Below are positions 22,141-35,700 of a DNA stretch of 64,000 bases, in pieces (position 1 is the first letter of the stretch; each line of letters opens with the position of its first letter). Under the pieces are notes generated by a model. The model saw nothing but the letters and a program-made list of their open reading frames with translations. It did not search any database and was not told where the DNA came from. Source of the DNA: Octopus sinensis (taxonomy: Eukaryota); contig NC_043019.1 in the NCBI RefSeq assembly GCF_006345805.1, positions 13,081,360 to 13,145,359 on the forward strand, read 5' to 3'. The position numbers were made by a program, and so were the translations under genes.

Positions 22141-23511
22141 ATGTTGATTTGTTGGAGCTGGGGGCTAACGAGCGGCACAAATATTCGATCCTTATGAACA
22201 TATCATTTGTTGCAGGTCGTTCGGCAAAAAACGAACACTCAGACGGGAGAGTCCATCACACACACACACACACACGTATGTTTGTGTTTGTTCCCCACAC
22301 AAGTGCTTGACAACCGGGGTTGGTTTGTTTACGTCCTCGTAACTTAGCGATTCGGCAAAATAAGTATCACAATTGAAAAAGAAAAAAAAAAGAAAAATAC
22401 GGTGTCGATTCGTTTGACTAAATCATTTCAAGATGGTGCCCCAGCATGGGCGCAGTCTAATGACTGAAAATAAATAAAAGATGAAAGATAAATACTGTCT
22501 CAGCCGATTTCTCAGATTTTCAAGTTAAAACGTAGCTTATGGGGGTTTGTAATTGCCAGACAACACGACTCTTTCCCTTCCCCCAGTTGTGTTAATTTTT
22601 GAGATTACTTTCATGCTTTTGGTTCAATTACCACAGTACAAAAAAAAAAATGATAGGGGATATATTGATGAATGAAATACTCGTGTTGTGTTTCTGGAAG
22701 GCTGGTTACCTACGGAGTAATCTAAAGGATCTCCCCCCCCCCCCATTTCACAAATTACAGAGTCCGCAAAAAAGAAATTTTTTTTACACACTTCAGGAAA
22801 GGAAAAAAATCTGTATGAATATTTTAATTCAGTGTTATTGCAGTTTATTCAATTTGATAAAACATCGGAAGAGGTATTTATTATTTCTTTACTGCCCACA
22901 AGGGGTTACACACAGAAGGGACAAACAAAGACAGACAAACGGATTAAGTCGATTACATCGACCCCAATGCGTAACAGGTACTTATTTAATCGACCCCGAA
23001 AGGATGAAAGGCAAAGTCGACCTCGCCATTCATCCTTTCGGGGTCGATAAATTAAGTACCAGTTACGCACTGAGGTCAATGTAATCGACTTAATCCATTT
23101 ATCTGTCCTTGTTTGTCCTCTCTGTGTTTAGCCCCTTGTGGGTAGTAAAGAAATAGGTATTTCGTCTGCTGCTACGTTCTGAGTTCAAATTCCGCCGAGG
23201 TATATACTTCTCAGCTCCCTTCATCATCCCAACGCACCAATTACTGGTATTATCGTAGCACTAACCTCAGAATGAGGTATTTTTGCCTCTTGGCTGAAAC
23301 AGCTGTAACATATTTTCCCAATTTCTATTCCTGTATATTATATATTTTAATAATTACTGGTATCTTTATATATTTTATATGTATAGCATAATATGTTATA
23401 CATGCATGTGTATTGTTGTTATTGTCATTTTAGTAAATAAATAAACTGACATAATATAATGTTTAAAAGTTGATGAACCACCTATTGATCCCCTCCATTT
23501 TCTTATAGCTC

Positions 23512-23514
<3 letters not shown>

Positions 23515-23543
<29 letters not shown>

Positions 23544-23612
23544 TGTATGTATGTATGTATGTATGTATGTATGTATGTATGTAGTATGTATGTATGTATG
23601 TATGTATGTATG

Positions 23613-23648
<36 letters not shown>

Positions 23649-23695
23649 ATATATATACATACATACATACATTTACACATACACACACAAAGACC
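23515..23695 (+). repeat. (TATG)n/(TA)n compound microsatellite
   Basis: Seen directly. Confidence 0.95.
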
Positions 23696-23704
23696 TACAT
23701 AGGG

Positions 23705-24880
23705 ATGCCAACATACATATAAACATTAAAAATATAATTTAAGTCTTTAAAGCGTAGCGAAATGAAGCTAAATAAAATAAGTGAAAGACCCATAAACATA
23801 CACATAAAAACGTAGGTAATTCACATTCATCGCCTTGCCACTACGCCCACCTCGACTGACATCCGTCACTATATTATTAAAGTTTACAAGGGAACCTGCT
23901 AAATGATTTATTCAGAAAAATGTTTACACCTGCCTACGGTTAACGAAGTTACCCTCTGCTTCGAGGATTTGGAATGACTCCTCTAATCAAGGTTTGCATC
24001 TCGGTTCTACCTATTTCAGTTCGTATTCTATTTTTTCTTCCCTAAGTTGCCATATTAACTTGCTAAGTGATGTCACATTTTGATTTTATGTCTAAATGAT
24101 GAGATGTGGTCATAATATCGTAACTTAAATATTGTGGCACAACATTCTATGTATTTATAAGTTATGTTCTGGGTAACTACTGCACATTGATATACCAAGT
24201 TCCTTTCTAAGCAAGGTTTATTTAACACATTTCCTACCTCCTCTACAGTTACAACCGGCGCTTTTCTTCATATTGTGCTACTTTTAGTCCTTTAAATAAA
24301 CCTTGCTTAGAAAGGAACGTGGTATATCATTGTGCAGTAGTTACCCAGAACATAACTTATAAATACATAGGATGTTTGGCCACGATATTTAAGTTACGAT
24401 ATTATAACCACATCTCATCATTTAGACATAAAAGCAAAATGTGACATCACTTAGCAAGTTAATATGGCAACTTAGGGAAGAAAAAGCAGAATACGAACTG
24501 GAATGGTCAATCCTAAGTAGAGCTAAACTTTATGAAATAGGTAGAACGAGATGCAAACCTTGATTATAGGAGTCATTCCAAATCCTCAAAGCAGTGGGTA
24601 ACCTCGTTAACCGTAGGCAGGTGTAAACATTTTCTTTTTTTTTTTGAATAAATCATTTGGCAGGTTCGCTAGTAATCTTTAATAATATAGTGACAGATAT
24701 CGGTCGAGGTGGGCGTAGTGGCAAGGCGATGAATGTGAATTACCTACGTTTTTATGTAATTTTTTTTATGTATATGTTTATAGGTCTTCAAATTATTCTA
24801 TTCAGCTTCATTTCGCTGCGCTTTAAAGACTTAAATTACTTTACCTAAGTTATTTTTAATGTTTATATGTATGTTGGCAT
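23705..24880. mobile_element. Penelope-like element remnant as an inverted pair (palindrome) encoding the GIY-YIG end
   Basis: Arms 23705-24223 and 24292-24880 are reverse complements. The right arm translates PCLERNVVYHCAVVTQNITYKYIG..FKLRYYNH..SF / TSLSKLIWQLR..YELEWSIL..C. The loop on the minus strand gives CNCRGGRKC. Confidence 0.8.
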
Positions 24881-24901
24881 GTGTATGTATAAATGTAAAT
24901 G

Positions 24902-24947
<46 letters not shown>

Positions 24948-25047
24948 GTGTATGTAGATATATATATATATATGTATATGTGTGTGTGTATATATATACG
25001 TGTGTGTGCATGTGGGTGGGTGTATATATATGTACATGCGTGTACAG

Positions 25048-25105
<58 letters not shown>

Positions 25106-26309
25106 CACAACCCACTTCTGTGGGTTTAAAATCTTTTTTTTTTTAAATCGAAAAATCAAAAAATAAATTTTCTACTTTAATTTATTTGTCCTATTTCATC
25201 CTTTAAAATTTTATATTTTATTTTAACTTGAATTTTCTACTTCCAACCAGTATTGGGATTATTACCCACTTGTCGTTGTATTATAATTATTACGCCAGGG
25301 TTATTGGTATTGTTACTTCTATTATTATTTTGGAAGATTATCCAGATGCAGCACTGAGTTTTGTCAGTGAACAGGTCGCGGTCTCAAAGCGACGAAAATA
25401 TTTTGGCAAATTAAATTTAAATGTTGAAGTGAATCTAACGGTTTTTGTGTGTTTCTTAAATGGCTTATAAACACCTTCCAGGTTGCAATTGTTTTCGTTC
25501 CAGCACACGATCTCAGATCAGGTCACTTGCTATGCAAGTACATCTCCGTAATTCCATTGTGATTTTACTGATATTAATGGTATTGATGTTGATGTTGCAG
25601 ATGCTGATGCTGTCCCCTTTACCATAATTGTTTTGCTATAACACATAACTCTGCAAGTTCACTCTAATCCTCTAAAATCTCAGCTTCAGTCTACTAAATC
25701 CACTTACAAAGCTTTGGTCGGCCCAAGGCTAAGGCAGAAAACACACGCCCATGGTGTATGGATGGAAGCACTCCGTCGGTTACGACGACGAGGGTTCCGG
25801 TTGATCCGAATCAACGGAACAGCCTGCTCGTGAAATTAACGTGTAAGTGGCTGAGCACTCCACAGACACGCGTACCCTTAATGTAGTTCTCGGGGATATT
25901 CAGCGTGACACAGAGAGTGACAAGGCCGGCCCTTTGAAACACAGGTACAACAGAAACAGGAAGTAAGAGTGAGAGAAAGTTGTGGTGAAAGAGTACAGCA
26001 GGGATCACCACTATCCCCTGCCGGAGCCTCGTGGAGCTTTTTTAGGTGTTTTTGCTCAATAAACACTCACAACGCCCGGTCTGGGAATCGAAACCGCGAT
26101 CCTATGACCGCGAGTCCGCTGCCCTAACCACTGGGCCATTGCGCCTCTACGCCCATGGTGCATGCAGTGGGATTGAACTCAGAAGCATGTGGTTGGGAAG
26201 CAAACTTCTTACTGCATACCACACCTGCGCCCCACATGCTTTTTTCTTTCTCAAAATTCGCGCCTTTTCTCTGTTTTGGTTGGGATTTTTCCAATTGTTT
26301 TTGGGCGGA

Positions 26310-26391
26310 GGTAAAGAATACGCACACCACCCGTTTTCGGCGTAACCCTAACTCTAAACGCCGAAAACGGGTAGTGTGCGTATTCTTTACC
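26310..26391. repeat. 34-bp near-perfect inverted repeat with a CCCTAA-like loop
   Basis: GGTAAAGAATACGCACACCACCCGTTTTCGGCGT / aaccctaactctaa / ACGCCGAAAACGGGTAGTGTGCGTATTCTTTACC, one mismatch. Confidence 0.9.
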
Positions 26392-27355
26392 TTTGCCTTG
26401 TTTTTTTGTGTGTATATTGTAAGCTAAGGAGTAGTGACTGGGGGAAGAGAAAGCACGTTGTAGAGTATGGGAGTGGAGGCGCAATGTCCCAGTGGTTAGG
26501 GCAGCGGACTCGCGGTCATAGGATCGCGGTTTCGATTCCCAGACCGGGCGTTGTGAGTGTTTATTGAGCGAAAACACCTAAAAGCTCCACGAGGCTCCGG
26601 CAGGGGATAGTGGTGATCCCTGCTGTACTCTTTCACCACAATTTTCTCTCACTCTTACTTCCTGTTTCTGTTGTACCCGTATTTCAAAGGGCCGGCCTTG
26701 TCACTCTCTGTGTCACGCTGAATATCCCCGAGAACTACGTTAAGGGTACACGTGTCTGTGGAGTGCTCAGCCACTTACACGTTAATTTCACGAGCAGGCT
26801 GTTCCGTTGATCGGATCAACCGGAACCCTCGCCGTCGTAACCGATGGAGTGCTTCCATCCAGCAGAGTAAGGGGAAGGGTTAACTCATTGTAAGGGTAAG
26901 GGTTAGGCTGAAGAAAGGACATACATTTTAAGGCGGGAAGAAGGGCATACACATTGTAAGGTTGGGAAAAAAATTTTATTAAATTCATTCAGTTGTTAAA
27001 CATAAATGAATCTTGGAATGGAATGGGTTTTGATTTACTGTCAGGTGACTTTTGGCCAACCCTGTATAGCAGCCCAAATCACCCTTAGCTATCACCTTTC
27101 AGTCTTAAAAAGATCCCAAACAAAGGAAAAACACGGGACACTTTTTGAACAGTGTGGGTCCCGAAAAAGTTTAAAAAAAAAAAAAAAAAAAGGCGCAGGG
27201 AGTGGCTGTGTGGTAAGAAGCTTGTTTACCAACCACATGGTTCCGGGTTCAGTCCCACTGCGTGGCACCTTGGGCAAGTGTCTTCTACTATAGCCTCGGG
27301 CCGACCAAAGCCTTGTGAGTGGATTTGGTAGACGGAAACTGAAAGAAGCCTGTCG

Positions 27356-27390
<35 letters not shown>

Positions 27391-27949
27391 ATGTTTGTGT
27401 GTCTGTGTTTGTCCCCCTAGCATTGCTTGACAACCGATGCTGGTGTGTTTATGTCCCCGTTACTTAGCGGTTCGGCAAAAAAGACCGATAGAATAAGTAC
27501 TGGGCTTACAAAAGAATAAGTCCCGGAGTCGAGTTGCTCGATTAAAGGCGGTGCTCCAGCATGGCCGCAGTCAAATGACTGAAACAAGTAAAAGGATAAA
27601 AGGGTAAAGGGATAGTCATGGCTGGAGTGTCTTTGATCTCAGGTGTCTGTTTGATCACGATTGACCTGGTGCTAAAGAATAACAACTGCAGCAGCAACAA
27701 CAACAACAGTTTGACCTTTACTGCAGTGACTGTTTCCCAAACAAAGCCGTTATCAGCTTTTGGGTGATTTTAACGATTAATCGACACAGAGTATACACAA
27801 GCACGCGTGCATAGGAACATCCAAGTGGTTCATAGTGATGCTAGAAATAGCTGGTAAATTCCTGCAAACTACACACGACTTTCAGGGTGAAATTGTGTGA
27901 TGTCCGAAATACATAAAATCACACAGGATGGTCTGACCTTTAAGCAACA

Positions 27950-28123
27950 ACAAATTCGTATGTGTGTGTGTATGTGTGAGAGTGTGTGTACACATATACA
28001 TATAGAAACAAACACACACACATATATGCATACATACACATATATATATATATACATATGTATATATACATACCCACGTATATATATATATATATATACG
28101 TATATATATATATATACGTATAT

Positions 28124-28157
<34 letters not shown>

Positions 28158-28165
28158 ACGTATAG

Positions 28166-28209
<44 letters not shown>

Positions 28210-28242
28210 GCACATATATGTGTGTGTATATGTATGTGTATA

Positions 28243-28285
<43 letters not shown>

Positions 28286-28380
28286 GTACATGCATACACA
28301 TATATAAGCATACATTTATATACACACAATACAGATAGACATGCATGCATACATACACGTACTATGTGTGTGTTTGTATT
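27950..28380 (+). repeat. Compound (TA)/(CA)/(TG) microsatellite
   Basis: Seen directly. Similar blocks at 24900-25110, 32420-32940, 35270-35940, 57310-57960 and 61050-61520. Confidence 0.95.
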
Positions 28381-28643
28381 AGAGAAAGACAGACAGACAG
28401 ACAGAGAATTAGATTTTTTATCAGACTGTATAAGAAAAGAATGCATTCCTTTAATAAATCGAAATCCTTCCCACACATCTTATGGCTCAATAGCAGACGT
28501 TAAAACAACGAAGAAGGGGTCTTTCGCGTAATCGTGTGACGTGTTAGACATAGCAGTCAAACCTCCCCTACGTTAAACACTGCATATCACCTTAATAAAC
28601 GGGAAGGACAAATTAGGTAACACAAGCCTCGATGCATGATATC

Positions 28644-28682
<39 letters not shown>

Positions 28683-29815
28683 GTTTCAAATTTTGCCACA
28701 AGGGCAGCCATTTTGGGGGAGGGGATTTGTCGATTACATCGACCCCAGTGCATAACTGGTACTTATTTAATCGACCTCGAAAGGATGAAAAGCAAAGTCG
28801 ATCTCGGCGGAATTTGAATTCCGATCGTAACGGCAGACGAAATACCTATTTTTTTACTACCCACAAGGGGCTACACACAGAGGGGACAAACAAGGACAGA
28901 CATAGGTATTAAGTCGATTATATCGACCCCCAGAGCGTAATTGGTACTTATTTAATCGACCCCGAAAGGATGAAAGGCAAAGTCGACCTCAGCGGAATTT
29001 GAGCTCCGATCGTAACGGCAGATGAAATACCGCTAAGCATTTCGCCCGGCGTGCTAACGATTCTGTCAATCGGGATGGTCACGGCTGGAATAACTTTGGA
29101 TACTAGTTCGGTTAGAGTCGATCATGAGCGAAACAACAACAACACGAGTTCCAATTTCAGAGGGAATTTCTTTCTCTGTTGTTGATCAAATAACTTTTGA
29201 GAAACTGTCCAAGAACATGAAGTTAGTTGTCACCGTTTAAGCCCGACTGAACTGGATGACACGTAGCCAAAAACGTTCCAGATGTGACCATCCTGTCTTT
29301 TTTTGTCATCATTCTTTTTCCTTTTAAGAAATACCACATCTAGGACCAACTAATATTTATCGATTGAATGTTTTCATTTATAAAAACTGCTCGGTGTAAC
29401 TCGATGAAACTGTGACTGCTATTTCTAACAAATCGATAGACCACGTTCGCAGAAGCCGGTAATTTCTCGATCCGACTCCTTAAGCAAGGCTTGTAAAACC
29501 TGCGATCGGTTTGTTTTGGTTTCTCCAACGACCACACTTTAAGAAACAAATGTATTTCTTTCCTTATATAAATAGTTATGTAAGGTTTTATATAAGAAAC
29601 GATTAGCGTTTGAGGTTAATTAAAATACACTTCGACATTATGTGAAAGAAAAAGAACAAAGCGAAGCGAAAACATTACTGATTTCAAGTTTTTGTTTAGT
29701 TTAGCAATAACGGATGGAATATAGATGCAATAACAATAATAACTATACTTACGGAACCATCTTGATCGATGTTTTTGGCAAGGAATTAGATGAGTAGGAA
29801 TATGAGGAGAGAAAT

Positions 29816-29898
29816 ATGGCAGACGCCGAAGCCAAAGACTGTTGCCTCGCTTATTGCCAGCTGGTTAATAGTGAGGCACTGAGAGTTATCTCCCCTGC
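29816..29898 (+). CDS. Candidate first coding exon of an unidentified plus-strand gene: MADAEAKDCCLAYCQLVNSEALRVISP(A)
   Basis: AATATGG start context, 27 codons + 2 nt, consensus donor GC|GTAAGT, unique CpG-rich sequence. No homology recognised. Confidence 0.35.
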
Positions 29899-30109
29899 GT
29901 AAGTAGACGCATTTGCTGCTGTTATTGGTTGAGCGAAGCGGTCTTCGTCCCATTAGAGGGAGAAGTCCGAAACATGGTCCTTTGCTATTCGTAAGACCCC
30001 GCAGAAGAGAAAGCAGGGCGAACCTTCGATATATGTACCGGTGTTAGTACCAGAAGTACCGGATACATTTCAAAAAAGTGTTTTTTTTATATATATGGGG
30101 AGGGGGGGG

Positions 30110-30150
30110 TAGGGTTAGGGTTAGTGTTAGGGTTAGTGTTAGGGTTAGGG
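30110..30150 (+). repeat. Interstitial telomere-like (TTAGGG/TTAGTG)n
   Basis: About 6-7 units. Related short runs at 26885-26910, 36655-36685 and 46670-46680. Confidence 0.8.
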
Positions 30151-32612
30151 GTGGGAGAAAAGGGTTTCTTACAGAGATGTACTGGTTAAGCTAAAGCGTT
30201 ACACCATTCAAAGAAACAAAAAAAAAATGTGTGTAATAGGTGTAAAACAACTTCCTCTGAACGAATATGAAAAAAAAAAAAATGCGCGCACGCGAAAGGG
30301 GAGTGGGGGAGAGTACTCGGAAAATTCACATCGGGAATTTCCGAAAGCGTCTGAGGGGCTGACCCGGGCACCAAAACAAACAAAAAAATAGTGATAAAAA
30401 GACGGAGAGAACATGTACTTGCATAGCAAGTGATTTGATCTGAGATCGTGTGCTGCAAACGAAAACAATTGCAGCGTGGAAGGTGTTTGTAAGCCATTTA
30501 AGAAACATACAAAAGCCGTTCGATTCACTTCAACATTTAAGTTTAATTTGTCAAAATATCTTCGTCGCTTTAAGACCGCGACCTGTTCCCTGACAAAAAA
30601 TCTTCAGAAATGTAAACAAAGTCACGTGTGTACATATACCGAAGCATCGCCGAAAGGCAGGTCAACCCCCGACATCGAGAGCATCGACGGATGGATGAAT
30701 GCGCATCCAGGGCTCGGCGGTTGCGTAGGGAGTCGGGGACAAAAAACAGGAAGAAAGAGTGAGAGAAAGTTGTAACCCAATACAAACTGCTGCATGTTCG
30801 GGCCACCACCAACTTAACAAGCAACACTACCAAGCTGGCTTGATAGGGAGAATTGTTCTGATTGGACACCCATTGTTAAAGTTCTCTCTGTTCTGTATGC
30901 ACCCTATGAAATAATATTTACTTTATTCTTCATTATTTCCGAAATTAAATCTGTTTTCACAACTATTCTCCTGCGTTAGAAATATTCAAAAATTTCTAAA
31001 CAGGAGAATGGTAATGAGGTGAAGACCCCCTTCGGTTATGAATGACCATGAGATTGCTCCTAGAAAGTTACCCTCCGAAGTACAAGTCCGGGTAAGGTTG
31101 TTTGTGGAAGACCAGCAGTCGCCCATGCATATCGACCTACCCTCTCCGCGCCACTGATGTTATCCAAGGGAAAGGCAAAGGCCGATACTGCTTGGCACCA
31201 GTGATGTCGCAACTCATTTCTACAGTTGAGTGAACTGGAGCAACGTGAAATAAAGTGTCTTGCTCAAAAACACAATATGCAGCCCGGACCGGGAATCGAA
31301 CTCACAACCTCACGATCGTAAGCCCTACGCTCTAACCACTGAGTCAAGCGCCTTCAGTATGGTAATAAAGGGGTTAAAAAATGAGAAATGATTACACTAG
31401 GTAATATAGCCTAAAATAATCCCTAAAAAGACGAGATGGTCGCGTAAGGAAGACCTTCCATTTGATCATAGATAAGCTCAAAAGGGTTTAACAAAAGTAT
31501 GACTTCATTAGATAATAACCACATAAAAGGATAGAGGGTCACATTTAGAATGCATTTGATTTGATTATGGATCTGCTCGTTTAGTCCCGACCCGGGGCTA
31601 AATAACAACAATCCTTAGTTTCTACAGGATCTGGCCTCCCTTTCCCGTCTAATTACTTTCTTTTCGTTATTTGTTAATACAGAACAGGACCCCTTATCTA
31701 GTTTCGAGAAATTCAGAATTTCCAGAAATCCGGAATTTCCAGAAATCCGGAAATAGTGTGCCGTACCATGCAGTATACTGTACTCTGTATTGAGCAAACA
31801 GACCCTGTTTTTGAAGTTGGTTAATTTTCTTACCGTGTTTAGAAATAGTTTTGTTCTTTTCCTTTTTAAGTAGATTAATAAAGATTAAAGATACTCTGCT
31901 TCAGAACTGTATTATTCTGTGCCTGCTTCGATTAAATAAAATAACGGTCTTTATTTTTCCTTCGTTTAATTTTCCGGTATCATCCTATAAACATGATACT
32001 TATTTCTTTATTGCCCACAAGGGGCTAAACACAGAGGGGACAAACAAGGACAAACAAACAGATTAAGTCGATTACATCGATCCCAGTGCGTAACTGGTAC
32101 TTATTTAATCGACCCCGAAAGGATGAAAGGCAAAGTCGACCTCGGCCGAATTTGAACTCAGAACGTAACGGCAGACGAAATACCGCTAAGCATTTCGCCC
32201 GGCGTGCTAACGTTTCTGCCAGCTCGCCGCCTTTTGAGTCCAACATATTAAGCCATTAGCTATGACATGTATAGATATTACATTTTCAAAACATATTGTA
32301 ATCGTACCATATGACGGACTGGTTATATTAATATTGGTTTTAACTACTCCATTCCAGAAACGTCTAACGTTAAAGTGTAGGTTTCGGTTGGAGTATAGGG
32401 AAAGCATAATTTCGTTACGCTCTAATATAAAGCAACATTGAAACTCTCACACATGCAAACACAAAACACACACACACATGTGTAATATATATATATGTGT
32501 GTAATATATATATGTGTAATATATATATATATATATATTGGCATGTATGCATATACATATTTACATATAATACAAAATATATGTATATAAATGCATATAT
32601 ACATACATCTTC

Positions 32613-32656
<44 letters not shown>

Positions 32657-32865
32657 GTGTGTATATATATACACATACATACAAACATATGTATATAAAT
32701 GCATATATACATACATATATATATATATATAATATATATGTGTGTGTGTGTGTGTGTGTATAATATATACACCATACATACAAAATATGTATATAAATGC
32801 ATATATACATATATATGTATATATAGACTTATATATATATATACACACACACAAATATATATATG

Positions 32866-32910
<45 letters not shown>

Positions 32911-33186
32911 TGTGTAGGTATATATGTATGTACGTATAAAGTGTGCGTAAGTGTATTTACTCCAAGTACGTTGTTAAAGTCAAGAGGAAAATAATTCCAT
33001 TGTTTGTCTAACAACAACAACAACAACAACAAAAGAAATATAAACAAAAGATGTAAAAATAAACAAAGTCTGAATCGACTGCAAGATCCATGAAAGATCC
33101 ACGGTTGCTAGGTTACAATTAATCCACCCAGGAACCACCAGTAAGAGTGAGTTTGCTATAGAATTCATTTGTAAAACTGGAAAGAT

Positions 33187-35210
33187 TGGCTGGCTGGCTG
33201 GCTGGCTGGTTGGTCGGTCGTCGGGTTGCTGGCTGGCTGGCTGGTTGGTCGGTCGGTCGGTTGGCTGGCTGACTGGTTGGTCGGTCGGTCGGTCGGTTGG
33301 CTGGCTGGCTGGTCGGTCGGTCGGTCGGTCGGTTGGCTGGCTGGCTGGCTGGTTGGTCGGTCGGTCGGTCGCTCGGTTGGCTGGCTGGCTGGTTGGTCGG
33401 TCGGTCGGTCGGTGGCTGGCTGGTTGGCTGGTTGGTCGGTCACGGTCGGTCGGTCGCTCGGTTGGCTGGCTGGCTGGTCGGTCGGTCGGTCGGTCGGTTG
33501 GCTGGCTGGCTGGTGGCGGTCGGTCGGTCGGTTGGTGGCGCTGGTTGGTCGGTCGGTCGGTCGGTCGGTGGCGGCTGGTCGGTCGGTCGGTCGGTCGTCG
33601 GTTGGTGGCTGGATGGTCGGTCGGTCGGTCGGTTGGCTGGCTGGCTGGTTGGTTGGTCGGTCGGTCGGTGGTTGGCTGGCTGGCTGGTTGGTGGTCGGTC
33701 GGTCGCTCGGTGGGCGGGCTGGCTGTGGTCGGTCGGTCGGTCGGTTGGCTGGCTGGCTGGTTGGTCGGTCGGTCGGTTGGCTGGCTGGCTGGTGGTCGGT
33801 CGGTCGGTCGGCGGTTGGCTGGCTGGCTGGTCGGTCGGTCGGTCGGTTGGCTGGCTGGCTGGTGGTCGGTCGGTCGGTCGGTTGGCTGGCTGGCTGGTTG
33901 TCGGTCGGTCGCTCGGTTGGCCTGGCTGGCTGGTTGGTCGGTCGTCGGTCGGTTGGCTGGCTGGATGGTTGCGTCGGTCGGTCGGTTGGCTGGCTGGCTG
34001 GTTGGTCGGTCGGTCGGTCGGCTTGGCTGGCTGGCTGGTCGGTCGTCGGTCGGTCGGTCGGTTGGCTGCTGGCTGGTTGGTCGGTCGCGTCGGTCGGTTG
34101 GCTGGCTGGCTGGTGGTCGGTCGGTCGGTTGGCTGGCTGGCTGGTCGGTCGGTCGGTCGGTCGGTTTCGGTTGGCTGGCTGGCTGGTTGGTCGGTCGGCG
34201 GTTCGGTTGGCTGGCTGGCTGGTGTTGGTCGGTCGGTCGGTCGCTCGGTTGGCTGGCTGGCTGGTTGGTCGGTCGGTCGGTCGGTTGGCTGGCTGGATGG
34301 CTGGTTGGTCGGTCGTCGGTCGGTCGCTCGGTTGGCTGGCTGCTGGTCGGTCGGTCGGTCGGTCGGTCGGTTGGCTGGCTGGCTGGTTGGTCGGTCGGTC
34401 GGTTGGCTGGTGGCTGGTTGGTCGGTCGGTCGGTCGGTCGGTTGCTGGCTGGTCGGTCGGTCGGTCGGTCGGTCGGTTGGCTGGCTGGCTGGTCGGTCGG
34501 TCGGTCGGTTGGCTGGCGGTCTGGTTGGTCGGTCGGTCGGTCGGTTGGCGGGCTGGCTGGTTGGTCGGTTCGGTCGCTCGGTGGCTGGCTGGCTGGTTGG
34601 TCGGTCGGTCGGTCGGTTGGCTGGCTGGCTGGTTGGTCGGTCGGTCGGTTGGCTGGCTGGCTGGTTGGTCGGTCGGTCGGTCGGTCGGTTGGCTGGCTGG
34701 CTGGTCGGTCGGTCGGTCGGTTGGCTGGCTGGCTGGTTGGTCGGTCGGTCGGTCGGTTGGCTGGCTGGCTGGTTGGTCGGTCGGTCGCTCGGTTGGCTGG
34801 CTGGCTGGTTGGTCGGTCGGTCGGTCGGTTGGCTGGCTGGCTGGTTGGTCGGTCGGTCGGTTGGCTGGCTGGCTGGTTGGTCGGTCGGTCGGTCGGTTGG
34901 CTGGCTGGCTGGTCGGTCGGTCGGTCGGTCGGTCGGTTGGCTGGCTGGCTGGCTGGTTGGTCGGTCGGTCGGTCGGTTGGCTGGCTGGCTGGTTGGTCGG
35001 TCGGTCGGTTGGCTGGCTGGCTGGTCGGTCGGTCGGTCGGTCGGTCGGTTGGCTGGCTGGCTGGTTGGTCGGTCGGTCGGTCGGTTGGCTGGCTGGCTGG
35101 TTGGTCGGTCGGTCGGTCGGTTGCTGGCTGGCTGGCTGGTCGGTCGGTTGGCTGGCTGGTTGGCTGGTCGGTCGGTCGGTCGGTTGGCTGGCTGGTTGGC
35201 TTGTTGGTTG
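33187..35210 (+). repeat. 2-kb G-rich tetranucleotide compound satellite (TGGC/TGGT/CGGT) with a ~36-bp higher-order unit
   Basis: Unit approximately (TGGC)3(TGGT)2(CGGT)4. The right third is regular; the left part has many 1-nt indels. Confidence 0.95.
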
Positions 35211-35669
35211 GAGGACATCGAAGTGTAAAATACCAGCCTTATCTGTTTGCATCTGTCCGTATGCATACAATTTAATTACACACACACACACACGTGTGTA
35301 CGTGTCTATGCGTGGTGTGTGTGTGTGTGTATTTGTGTAGCCAGTTTATATGCATGCGGGAGTTATTTTCTAAATAATATAGTAGTTAGTGTACGAAGGC
35401 CCAGAAGGCTCCACCGTTCCTATGTGTCTGCATGCATATGTATGTGTGTGTATGTGTGTATGTATGTATGTATGTATGTATGTATGTATGTATGTATGTA
35501 TGTATGTATGCATGTATGTGTGTATGTATGCATGTATGTATGTATGTATGTATGTGTGTGCGTATGTATATATGTATATATGTATGCATGTATATATGTA
35601 TATATGTATGTATGCATTTATGCATGTATGTATGCATGTATATATGTATGTATATATATACACACACAC

Positions 35670-35700
<31 letters not shown>

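Noticed and set aside
27869-28531. YI/HT/CV-rich ORFs here and at 23.4, 24.8, 32.4, 35.3, 39.6, 40.4, 57.3 and 60.9 kb
   Set aside because: Dinucleotide and tetranucleotide microsatellite translations.
29340-29549. 69-aa minus-strand ORF as an exon
   Set aside because: TTG start, weak acceptor, no recognisable homology.
33165-35340. Long 600-700-aa ORFs on both strands
   Set aside because: Stop-free translation of the tetranucleotide satellite, with no coding signature.
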